Of a DNA stretch of 35,358 nucleotides, positions 24,450 to 33,049 are shown piece by piece. The translations under genes and the position numbers were made by a program. The first letter of the stretch is position 1. Every line of letters starts with the position of its first letter. The notes under the pieces are model-generated. The model did not search any database. It was not told where the DNA came from and saw only the letters and a list, made by a program, of their open reading frames with translations. This stretch comes from an uncultured Anaerolineales bacterium (GTDB taxonomy: Bacteria; Planctomycetota; Phycisphaerae; FEN-1346). Location: positions 1 through 35,358 of the forward strand of contig CAYGZE010000003.1 in NCBI GenBank assembly GCA_964354185.1, written 5' to 3'.

Positions 24450-26848
24450 TCCGCCTTACCGACGCGCCACTCCAGGACGCCGCCCGAGGCGTTCGGTGCC
24501 AGTTGGGCCTCGATCCGCAGGCCGTCCGTCTCGACCGGCGCAAACGTCCCGCGGTTGAACTTGTCGCGCTCGACGCCGTACGCCGGGGCCCCCGCGACCG
24601 GCTCCCACTTCCCGTCCTTCCGGTAAAGCAGCCGCCACGACTTCGGCACGCGGCACTGTCCCTGGCCCGTGTCGTCGAACCAGTAGACCTCGACGCTCGA
24701 CACCCGCGCCGGCTTCGCGAAGTCGTACTGGATCCACTCGGCGGTCCCGACATGGGCCCACCACGTCATGCGGGGGACCTTGTGGTCGTTCGAGTTGGCC
24801 GGGTCGACCTGGTCGTTGGCGGCCCCGAGGCTGTCGTTCGGGTTGACGTGCGACGCGGTGACGCGGCTCTCGGAGGCGACAGTCGGCTTCGGGATCGCGC
24901 GCGCCGCCTCCGGCTTCTCAGGGATCCAGACCATCATCGGCCCGGCGGCCCGATGGTCCCACGCGTAGTAGGGGACGGCCGTGAGGTCAACCGGCCTGGG
25001 CGGCTCGCCGTCGGCCTGGCGCAGGAGCGCCTTGCCTTTGATGACCGTTACGCCCCCCAGCAGGTCCGGCCGGTGCCCGCCCTCCAGCGGCGCGTCGGCC
25101 GGAAGGTACAGGTTGTCCATGGACTTCCCGTTGTCGGCCGCCTCGATGCAGTAGACGACCGGTCCGCGCTGGAGCGCAACGCGGCCGGCATCGGCCTTGA
25201 CCTCCGGATGCGCGTACACGCGGCGGACGGGCATCGGCAGTTGCAGGACGACCGCGTCGTGGTCCCGCCACTCCTGCCGAATTCGCGCGTAGCCCTTCTC
25301 GCGGTCGAGTTCGACCTTCGCTTCCTTGTTACTCACCTTGACGGTCGGCTGGACCTCGTCCTTGAGGGGCGGCGTGCGATAGAGGTCGTCCGGCCCGTCG
25401 TTCGGCCGGCACCAGGCCGGAATCCTCAGCGAGAGCGTGAACGTGCACGGCTTCTCAGGCTCGACCTGGATGTGCACGGCGCCGTCCCACGGGTAGGTCG
25501 TCTCCTGCCGGATCTCGACCGCGGGGGCGTCCTTGCGGGCGATCCGCCCCCTGCCCGCTGCGTAGAGGTTCACGTAGATGCCGCCTTCCGCGTCAGCGGC
25601 GTAGACGTAGCCGGGAACGCTGGGCAGAATCCGGGCGACGTTCACCGGGCAGCACGCGCAGCCGAACCACGGCTCCCGATGGTGCGTCCCCTTGGAAGCC
25701 AGCGGGTTGACGTAGAAGAACTTCTCGCCGTCGAGCGACACTCCTGAGAGGAACCCGTTGTAGAGGACCCGCTCGAGGACGTCGGCGTACCGCCCGTCGC
25801 CCGTCAGGAGGTTCATCCGATGATTCCAGAGGGCGTTGCCGATGGCGGCGCACGTCTCGCAGTAGGCCGAGCCATTCGGCAGTTCGTAGTTGTCGCCGAA
25901 GGCCTCGCCGGAGGACCGTGCGCCGACGCCGCCCGTCACGTGCATCTTCCGCGTGACGACGCTCTGCCAGAGCGCTTCGAGCGCGGGGAGGTAGCCCTTC
26001 GCGCCGGTCAGTGCCGCGACGTCTGCCATACCGCAGTAAAGGTACATCGCGCGGACGGCGTGGCCCACGGGCTCGGTCTGCTCGATGATGGGCTTGTGGT
26101 CCTGGCAGTAGTCGCCGTGGAGTTCGCGGCGGTCCGTCTTGTTGCCGCGCTGGTCCAGGAAGAAGCGGGCCAGGTTCAGGTACCGCGCCTCGCCCGTAAG
26201 GTCGTAGAGTTTCACGAGCGCCAGTTCGATCTCCTCGTGGCCGCACACGTCGTACCGCTTGCCGGGCCCGAACACCGAGTCGATGTAGTCGGCCAGGCGC
26301 ACGGCCACGTCGAGCAGGTTGCGCTTCCCCGTCGCGCGGAAGTGGGCGACGGCGGCCTCAATCAGGTGGCCCGCGCAGTACAACTCGTGCATGGACTTCG
26401 TGTCGGACCACCGCTTCTGGAGTTCCTTGCGGACGGTGTAGAACGTGTAGAGGTAGCCGTCCTTCTGCTGGGCGCCGGCGATCTTCGCGATGACGCCGTC
26501 GAGGTACTTGTCCAACTCGGGGTCGGGGTGGGCCGCGAGCGAGTAGGCGGCCCCCTCGATCATCTTGTAGAGGTCCGAGTCGTTGAAGTAGATGCCCTCG
26601 AAGCCGCCGGGCTCCAGGCCGCCCGCCTTGGCGAAGTTCGAGATGCGGCCGGTCTGCTCGCACTGCTTGAAACCGTAAGGGATGGTGCGGGTCCGGTTCG
26701 TCTCGATCCGCGGTGTCCAGAAGGCGTCGCCGATCTCGACCTCGGTGAAGGGAACGGGGGTGAGTTTCCGGTGCGCGGGCTCCCCGGCCCACGCCGCGCC
26801 GGCCCCCCAGAGAACCGCCGCGAACACGAAGCACCTGGCAAGCATCAT
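24446..26848 (-). CDS. GH127 beta-L-arabinofuranosidase-like hydrolase with C-terminal discoidin/CBM32-like domain
   Basis: Signal peptide; FNDSDLYK.IE, HELYCAGH, GHEEIELAL, GHAVRAMY, YCETCA, FFYVNPL, CACCP.N, RGPVVYC, VPYYAW. The stop overlaps the mutY stop (CTAG). Confidence 0.93.
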   Translation of the reverse strand: MMLARCFVFAAVLWGAGAAWAGEPAHRKLTPVPFTEVEIGDAFWTPRIETNRTRTIPYGFKQCEQTGRISNFAKAGGLEPGGFEGIYFNDSDLYKMIEGAAYSLAAHPDPELDKYLDGVIAKIAGAQQKDGYLYTFYTVRKELQKRWSDTKSMHELYCAGHLIEAAVAHFRATGKRNLLDVAVRLADYIDSVFGPGKRYDVCGHEEIELALVKLYDLTGEARYLNLARFFLDQRGNKTDRRELHGDYCQDHKPIIEQTEPVGHAVRAMYLYCGMADVAALTGAKGYLPALEALWQSVVTRKMHVTGGVGARSSGEAFGDNYELPNGSAYCETCAAIGNALWNHRMNLLTGDGRYADVLERVLYNGFLSGVSLDGEKFFYVNPLASKGTHHREPWFGCACCPVNVARILPSVPGYVYAADAEGGIYVNLYAAGRGRIARKDAPAVEIRQETTYPWDGAVHIQVEPEKPCTFTLSLRIPAWCRPNDGPDDLYRTPPLKDEVQPTVKVSNKEAKVELDREKGYARIRQEWRDHDAVVLQLPMPVRRVYAHPEVKADAGRVALQRGPVVYCIEAADNGKSMDNLYLPADAPLEGGHRPDLLGGVTVIKGKALLRQADGEPPRPVDLTAVPYYAWDHRAAGPMMVWIPEKPEAARAIPKPTVASESRVTASHVNPNDSLGAANDQVDPANSNDHKVPRMTWWAHVGTAEWIQYDFAKPARVSSVEVYWFDDTGQGQCRVPKSWRLLYRKDGKWEPVAGAPAYGVERDKFNRGTFAPVETDGLRIEAQLAPNASGGVLEWRVGKAD

Positions 26849-26882
26849 GCCGAGTCTCCCCGAGAGTCTGTCGTCGGACAGG

Positions 26883-27575
26883 TCAGTCGCCGATCGGCCG
26901 GATCTGGATGTCCCGCACGGCCCCCTTCGTCCGCCACGTCGCGATGCCGAAGGGCTGGGACGGCTCCACCTCCATCCGCACGCTGATCTTCCGGCCTTCG
27001 ATGTTCGCGTCCACGAGTTGCTCGTCGTCGATCCACGCCTCGATCTTGGGGTCCGTCACGCGGACGCGGATGCGGTACCACCGCCCCTTCTCGAACTCCT
27101 TGAACTTGGTCGTTTCGTTGTTGGCGGCGTCAAACCCGTCGAGGCAGGAGAGGCCCACGATCGTCCCTCCCCACCCGCCGCAGATCAGGCTGCAACAGGA
27201 GTCTTTCACGGGGAAGGTCAGCCCGCAGAAGAAATCGCTCCCGTCCAGCCGGGCCGCTTCGAGGGTGATCTCGTAGTTCGTCTTCGGGAGGTCTCCGCCG
27301 GCCCACGTGATGCCCGTCAGGTCGGCCGGCCCCATCTCGAGGATGATCTGGCCGTCCTTGACCACAACCTCGCCGTGGCCCGCGAAGTCGGTCACCTTCC
27401 AGCCCGCGAGGCTCTTGCCGTCGAACAGGGACTTCGAGGCGGGCCTCCCGTTGCCGGACGGCTGTCCGGAGTCCGAGGCCATGCACCCCGCCAAGAGGAC
27501 CTGGCCCACGAGCGCCAGCCCCACGACGACCGCCGTCCCCAGGGCCTTCCGACACGCATCCGTTCGCCTTGCCAT
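26883..27575 (-). CDS. DUF1080 (3-keto-disaccharide hydrolase family) lipoprotein, copy 2
   Basis: Lipobox LAG|C; SLFDGKSLAGW, NYEITLEA.R.DGSDFFCGLTFPV, GGWGG..VGLS.LDG.DA..NET. Confidence 0.88.
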   Translation of the reverse strand: MARRTDACRKALGTAVVVGLALVGQVLLAGCMASDSGQPSGNGRPASKSLFDGKSLAGWKVTDFAGHGEVVVKDGQIILEMGPADLTGITWAGGDLPKTNYEITLEAARLDGSDFFCGLTFPVKDSCCSLICGGWGGTIVGLSCLDGFDAANNETTKFKEFEKGRWYRIRVRVTDPKIEAWIDDEQLVDANIEGRKISVRMEVEPSQPFGIATWRTKGAVRDIQIRPIGD

Positions 27576-27599
27576 GATCGTCTCCTCTCGCGCTCCGAG

Positions 27600-28271
27600 T
27601 CACTCGAGAACCGGCCGCACGCGGACGTTGCGCACGGCCGCCTTCGTCGCATAGGCCGCCACGCCGAGCGGCACGCACGGCTCCATCTCGAACCGGATCG
27701 AGACCTGGCGACCCTCGATCCCGCAGTTGACCGCCATGCGGCCGTTGATCCAGGCCTCGATCTTCGCGGGCGTGACGCGCACGCGGACCCCGTACCACCG
27801 CCCGCACTCGAAGTCCCGCAGGCCCATCGTCTCGTTGTGGGCCGCGTCCATCCAGTTCAGGCTCGACAGGCCGACCACGCGGCCGCCCCATCCGCCCAGG
27901 ATCAGGCTGCAATGCGACGCGCCCACCGGGAACGTCACGCCGCAGAAGAAGTCGCTCCCTTCGATCCGCATCGCCTCCAGGGCAATTTCGTAATCCGTCT
28001 TCGGCAGGTCCCCGCCCGCCCACGTGATGCCCGTCAGGGGGAACTCGCCCGCCTCGAGCACGATGCGCCCGTCCTCGACCTTCACGTCCCCGTGCCCGGG
28101 GAAGTCGCTCACCTTCCATCCCGCCAGCGTCCGGCCGTCCAGGAGCGGCCGCCAGGCGCGCCCGGCGTCTGTCACCTCGGGTCCCGCACAGCCGCACCCG
28201 GCGGCCGCACTCCACGCCAGCATGGCCGCGAGCGCCGCGCCCGCCGGGACCGCCGCCAGCCGCCTGGTCAT
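27600..28271 (-). CDS. DUF1080 (3-keto-disaccharide hydrolase family) lipoprotein, copy 1
   Basis: GGAGG RBS and ATG 28271; AAG|C lipobox; LLDGRTLAGW, DYEIALEAMRIEGSDFFCGVTFPV, GGWGG. Confidence 0.88.
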   Translation of the reverse strand: MTRRLAAVPAGAALAAMLAWSAAAGCGCAGPEVTDAGRAWRPLLDGRTLAGWKVSDFPGHGDVKVEDGRIVLEAGEFPLTGITWAGGDLPKTDYEIALEAMRIEGSDFFCGVTFPVGASHCSLILGGWGGRVVGLSSLNWMDAAHNETMGLRDFECGRWYGVRVRVTPAKIEAWINGRMAVNCGIEGRQVSIRFEMEPCVPLGVAAYATKAAVRNVRVRPVLE

Positions 28272-28294
28272 GGGCACCTCCGACGGCCGCCCGC

Positions 28295-30544
28295 CTACTT
28301 CTTCGCCGCGGGGATCACGTCCACGATCCCCACGTCGATGAACTGGCCGCCGCCCGTCTGGCGGCAATGCACCGCGATCACGGTCTTCCCCGGCTTGAGC
28401 GCGGCCGCGCCCTCCGCCGTCAGCGGCGCCTCCACATACTCCGCCGTGAAGCCCGAGAACTTGCCCGCCAGGACGCCGTTGACGTAGACCTCCGCGTCCT
28501 CGTCGTGGTGCACGCTGAACTGGAGCGAGGTGAACGTACCCTCGGGCAGCGTGACCTCGCGGCGAATCCAGATGTCCGGCGTCTTCCACTCCGTCCCGAC
28601 GACGGCGCCGGGCGTCCCCCGGGTGCCGAAACCGCCAGGGCCCTCCTGCCACTTCGAGTCGTCGAAGTCTTTCTTCATCCAGTCGTCGGAAGGCTTCTCC
28701 GTCGTGTACCGCCACGGGAGGCCTTCCTTCTGGCTTGTCGGCACGACCGCCTTGACGATGGGCGGGGGCGGCATCTTCGAGAAGTCGCCCTGGTTAGCGG
28801 CCGCCAGACGCTCGAGGTCGCCCTTGAGGACCGCCCGGTCGTACGTCAGGAGGCCGTTGCACTCAACCTCGACGTCGGTGATCTGGGTATAGACGGCCGC
28901 TGACAGGCCGGGGTCGTCCTTCAGTTCATACACCTTCAGGAGGAACTTCTCGTACTGGGCGGTGAGTTCATCGGGGCCGGCCATGCCCTTGTAGCCCCAG
29001 TGCTCCTTCTTCCACGTGTGCCCGTCGAGGCCGAGGCCGAGCCCCCCGAACTCGCCGAGGACGGCGGCCCGCGACGGCTCGGGCTTAGGCGAGTTCGGCG
29101 CGGGGTAACTGTGGATGTCCATCACGTCACCCACCTTCTTGTCAGCCCAGCCGCTCGCGTTGTTCACCAAGCGGCTCGGGTCGAGTTCCTTGACCCAGGC
29201 CGTCAGGCGCTCGGTGTCATACTGGCCCCATCCTTCGTTGAAGACCACCCACATGATGACGGACGGGTGGTTGCGGTGCGTCTCCACGAGCGCCTTCAAC
29301 TCCTTCTCAAACTGCGTCTTGGCCTCGGGGGTGCCGTTGTTTCCGCTCGGCATGTCCTGCCAGATCATGAGGCCCAGCCGGTCGGCCCAGTAGTACCACC
29401 GCTCGGGCTCGACCTTGACGTGCTTGCGGGTCATGTTGAACCCGAGTTTCCGCGTGATCTCGATGTCGTACCGCAGGGCCTCGTCGGTGGGCGCGGTGTA
29501 GATGCCGTCGGGCCAGAAGCCCTGGTCGAGCGGCCCCACCTGCATGACGAACTTGCCGTTCAGCATCGGCCGCATGATGCCCTTGTCGTCCTTGCCGAGG
29601 GCGATCTTCCGCATGCCGAAGTAACCCTCGACAGTATCCACGCCGGGCCAGTCGACGGTGACGTCGTACAGGAACGGGTCGTCGGGCGACCAGAGCCGCG
29701 GATTCGGAATCTTCACCTCGACCGCATCGCCCGCGATCCGTCCCGCACCCTTGGCGACCTCGCGGCCTTCCGCGCGAACGACGACCGTGTAGTCGCCCCG
29801 GCCGGCTAGGCCGGCCAGGTTCGGCGGCGGCTCCGCCTTCACGCGCAGGATGCCGCGATCCACGTCTGGAACGAGAACCAGGGAGTGAATGTGCGCCGCG
29901 CCCACGGGCTCCATCCACACGGTCTGCCAGATGCCGGTGGTGGGCGTGTACATGATGCCGCCGGGGTTGAGGACCTGCTTGCCCCGGGGCTGTTCGCCCT
30001 TGTCGGTCGGGTCGAAGACGCCGACGACCAGTTCCTGGGCCCCGTCCTTCTTCAGCGCGTCGGTAATGTCGAACGAGAAGGCGTCGTACCCGCCGCGATG
30101 GTCGCCGACCTTCGTGCCGTTCACGTACACGGTGGCTTCCCAGTCGACCGCGCCGAAGTGCAGCAGGATGCGCTTGCCGTCCCACGCCTTCGGCACCGTG
30201 AACGTCCGGCGATACCAGAGGCGCTCGACGTGCTTCATCACGCCCGACAGGGCCGACTCAATCGGGTACGGCACGAGGATCTGCCCCTCGAGGTCCTTGC
30301 CGACGGGGGCCGCCTCGCCCTCCTTGGCCTCGGCCCACTGCCACAGGCCGTTGAGGTTCTGCCATGCCTTCCGCACCATTTGCGGGCGCGGGTACTCGGG
30401 CAGCGCCTTATCCGGCGAGACGTCCTTCGCCCACCGGGTCGCCAGCGGCCCTTCGGCCGGCTTCCAGTCTGCGCCCACCGCCCGTGCGGCGCACCCAACC
30501 AACGCGATCGCGCACAGTGCAAGCAACATCCGCGTCCTCGGCAT
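28295..30544 (-). CDS. Glycoside hydrolase family 2 with C-terminal beta-sandwich
   Basis: GGAAGGAG RBS and ATG 30544; PEYPRPQM, LHFGAVDW, GIWQTVW.E, LDQGFWPDG, RKHVKVE, WVVFNEGWGQ, LGEFGG, YTQITDVE.E.NG. Confidence 0.93.
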   Translation of the reverse strand: MPRTRMLLALCAIALVGCAARAVGADWKPAEGPLATRWAKDVSPDKALPEYPRPQMVRKAWQNLNGLWQWAEAKEGEAAPVGKDLEGQILVPYPIESALSGVMKHVERLWYRRTFTVPKAWDGKRILLHFGAVDWEATVYVNGTKVGDHRGGYDAFSFDITDALKKDGAQELVVGVFDPTDKGEQPRGKQVLNPGGIMYTPTTGIWQTVWMEPVGAAHIHSLVLVPDVDRGILRVKAEPPPNLAGLAGRGDYTVVVRAEGREVAKGAGRIAGDAVEVKIPNPRLWSPDDPFLYDVTVDWPGVDTVEGYFGMRKIALGKDDKGIMRPMLNGKFVMQVGPLDQGFWPDGIYTAPTDEALRYDIEITRKLGFNMTRKHVKVEPERWYYWADRLGLMIWQDMPSGNNGTPEAKTQFEKELKALVETHRNHPSVIMWVVFNEGWGQYDTERLTAWVKELDPSRLVNNASGWADKKVGDVMDIHSYPAPNSPKPEPSRAAVLGEFGGLGLGLDGHTWKKEHWGYKGMAGPDELTAQYEKFLLKVYELKDDPGLSAAVYTQITDVEVECNGLLTYDRAVLKGDLERLAAANQGDFSKMPPPPIVKAVVPTSQKEGLPWRYTTEKPSDDWMKKDFDDSKWQEGPGGFGTRGTPGAVVGTEWKTPDIWIRREVTLPEGTFTSLQFSVHHDEDAEVYVNGVLAGKFSGFTAEYVEAPLTAEGAAALKPGKTVIAVHCRQTGGGQFIDVGIVDVIPAAKK

Positions 30545-30548
30545 GATC

Positions 30549-31643
30549 CTACTCCTTCCCCTTGGGGGCACGTGCCAGATGGACCAGTGCCATCAGGGCA
30601 ACGATCCCCGCCACGAGCATGACCAGAAACAGGACGAACGGTCCCCGCTGGGGGTTCACCGGCACGTCCGACAGTCGGAAGTACGGGCTCACGGCCTGCT
30701 GGCGTACCACATCCCGCGCGTAGGCTAACGTAAAGAGGCCCGCGAAACAAGCCGCCGCCGCCAAGCCGACCCTCGTGCCGCTGGGCCGCCGCCGCGCCAC
30801 CAGCACCGCCACGACCGTCGCCGCCAGCGCCGCTGCCGCGACCCACCCCCAGGGCCCGGCCCCGTCGGCCGCCAGCAATGCGCCGCGCTCGTGCGCCGAA
30901 ACCAGCAGGATGAGCAACACACCCGCCGCCACCCAGAGGACGCTCGTCACCGCGGCCAGCCGGAGCCCTGCCTCGGCGACGATCGGCCGCGCCTGCACGT
31001 CATGGACGAGGCCGCCCTTCGCCGCGACGGCCGTCATGATCCCTCCGACCGCCAGGAGGCCCAGGAGCGCAAACGCCAGGCGGGGCGCATACGTCGCGTC
31101 GTCCACGAACAGGGCCTTCCCGCCATGCGCATGGCAGAACTCCGCCCACGCGTCCGGCCGCTGCGAAAGGAGCGTGTCGCTCACAAGGATGGCGGCCACC
31201 AGGCCGAGCGCGGCCAGCGCGAGCGCCGGAGCCCAGGCCCCCGCCGGTCGCTCCTCTGGCCACCGCTGCCGCACGTGGTACAGAAGGTAGAAGGCTGTGA
31301 TCACGAGCGGCACGATGCCCAGCCACCAGTACGCCAGGAGGACGTTTGCCGCGTAGAAGAGGTTCCCGTAGAGAACCTGGACGAAGAGGAGCGGCGCGAT
31401 GCCGAACGTCGCGCCCATTGACAGGAAGAAGATCACGGGCGGGCCGAGCGCGCGGCCCGCGTTGGCCAGGTCCGGCCGCGCGCGCCGCCGAAGCGCCGCC
31501 GCCAGCAGGATCGCCGTCCCGCCCACCGCCCCGCCGATGAACATCCAGTGGACCGCCAGCGTCAGCGACATGAGGAGCCGCCCCAGCCACGGGACGACCG
31601 GCAGGCCGAGCATGTCGGGCGATGGCACGAGGTCCGGGCTCAC
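30549..31643 (-). CDS. Multi-pass membrane protein, partner of the CydA-like cytochrome c protein
   Basis: GTG 31643 overlaps the upstream TGA; LT..VHW.F, FGIAPLLFVQVLYG.LFY.ANVLLA..W motifs; roughly 9 hydrophobic segments. Confidence 0.8.
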   Translation of the reverse strand: MSPDLVPSPDMLGLPVVPWLGRLLMSLTLAVHWMFIGGAVGGTAILLAAALRRRARPDLANAGRALGPPVIFFLSMGATFGIAPLLFVQVLYGNLFYAANVLLAYWWLGIVPLVITAFYLLYHVRQRWPEERPAGAWAPALALAALGLVAAILVSDTLLSQRPDAWAEFCHAHGGKALFVDDATYAPRLAFALLGLLAVGGIMTAVAAKGGLVHDVQARPIVAEAGLRLAAVTSVLWVAAGVLLILLVSAHERGALLAADGAGPWGWVAAAALAATVVAVLVARRRPSGTRVGLAAAACFAGLFTLAYARDVVRQQAVSPYFRLSDVPVNPQRGPFVLFLVMLVAGIVALMALVHLARAPKGKE

Positions 31644-32983
31644 CGCGGCCCTCCGACCCGCACGGCGGTCCCCAGGTCGGCCAGGTACCGCGCGAGCGCC
31701 TCCTTCTCGGCGTCGGTTCCCGGGAAGGGCGGCATCGCGGGCTTCAACGCGTTCATGTGATCCAGCAGATAGCGTGCATTCGCGACCGACCCGCCGCGCA
31801 CCAGCGGCCGCACGGCGTTGTACCCGTCGAGCGTGTGGCACGCGTGGCACGCGGCCCGGAAGACGGGGGGCCCCGTGTCGCGCGGGTCGAGATCGGCGGC
31901 GCTTCTGCCCGGCGGCAGGGCCCACGGCGCGGCCGCGAGGACGCCCGCCTCGCGCACGCGCGTCAGGTTCGCGCGACGGTCGACGCCTGCGGCCTCGGCC
32001 GCGGTCACGCCCGTCGAGTACATAAAGCCCTCGATGATGTAGGGCTTGCGCACGCCCTCCCGGACGAACTCGAAACTCCCATACGAGACGAACGCGAGCA
32101 GGCACACCAGCACCGCCCGGAAGACCGACACGCTGTAGTCCCGCCGCCACATGCCCACCAGGGCACTTGCGGCCAGGATGACGAACGTCGCCATGCCGAA
32201 GCCGAGGAAGACCACCATCACCGGCGCCCCGCCCCGGAGGAACGCCCGGGCCCGCCCGGGCAGCACGGCGAACGCCCATCCCACCAGCGGCAGGCACAGC
32301 CAGACCGGCAGGATCATGCGGTAGGCGAGGCACGTCATCTTCTCCCGCACGGCGGGCGCGAGGTCCTTCAAAAGCGCCACCAGGAGCATCACGCCGGCCC
32401 CGCCCAGGGCCAGGGAGACGAGCGTCCGGATCAGCGTCGTCGGCCAGAAGAGGGGGTTGAAAAGCGCCGGCCAGAATCCGCCCGCCGCGGCCGGCCGCCA
32501 CGAGCCCGGCGTCAGCATGAAACTCAGGATGCTGTTAATGATCACGAGCGTCAGCCACGATGCCCCCGCGAAGACCCACGCGATGGTGTTGTGCGCCCGC
32601 GGCGCAATCCGGTCCCATGTGTACACGTAGAGGTAGATTGCCGCGACCTCGACGATGAAGAGCACCCACTCGCTCGCCCACGCCCAGACGAACAGGTGGA
32701 TGAGGGCCGATGTCGCCCGCGGGTTCACCACCGAGATGGCCAGCCAGATGCCCACCCCCGTCATCGTCCCCAGGACGTACGGCACCGCGAGGATCATCCG
32801 GGCGTACTGGCGGAGGAACCGGCGCGTGTCGTCGTCGCCATCGCGGATGGCGCGCCGCTCGGCCAGGGCAACCAGGAAGGCCGCCCCGATCGAGAACTGG
32901 GCGATGAAGACGTGGAAGATTGCGATGCCCGCGATGAGCATCCCGCCGCCCAGGATCGGCAACTCGAAGATCGGGTACTCCAA
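31640..32983 (-). CDS. Cytochrome bd subunit I-like (CydA-like) membrane protein fused to a c-type cytochrome
   Basis: TTG start after GAAGGAGG; IAIFHVFIAQFSIG, TGVGIW, WAWASEW..F..E, IINSILSFMLTPG.W, FNP.FWP, EFVREGVRKPYII; C-terminal CHACH and MPPF.G. Confidence 0.85.
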   Translation of the reverse strand: MEYPIFELPILGGGMLIAGIAIFHVFIAQFSIGAAFLVALAERRAIRDGDDDTRRFLRQYARMILAVPYVLGTMTGVGIWLAISVVNPRATSALIHLFVWAWASEWVLFIVEVAAIYLYVYTWDRIAPRAHNTIAWVFAGASWLTLVIINSILSFMLTPGSWRPAAAGGFWPALFNPLFWPTTLIRTLVSLALGGAGVMLLVALLKDLAPAVREKMTCLAYRMILPVWLCLPLVGWAFAVLPGRARAFLRGGAPVMVVFLGFGMATFVILAASALVGMWRRDYSVSVFRAVLVCLLAFVSYGSFEFVREGVRKPYIIEGFMYSTGVTAAEAAGVDRRANLTRVREAGVLAAAPWALPPGRSAADLDPRDTGPPVFRAACHACHTLDGYNAVRPLVRGGSVANARYLLDHMNALKPAMPPFPGTDAEKEALARYLADLGTAVRVGGPR

Positions 32984-33049
32984 GCCGCCTCCTTCCGCGC
33001 TCTGGCCCGCCCGGCCGCCGCGCGCGGCGACCGCGCTGCGGACAGCCCG

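Noticed and set aside
31644-32501. N-terminal extension of the 650-aa ORF 30549..32501
   Set aside because: Out-of-frame overlap with the CydA-like gene; the real start is the coupled GTG 31643.
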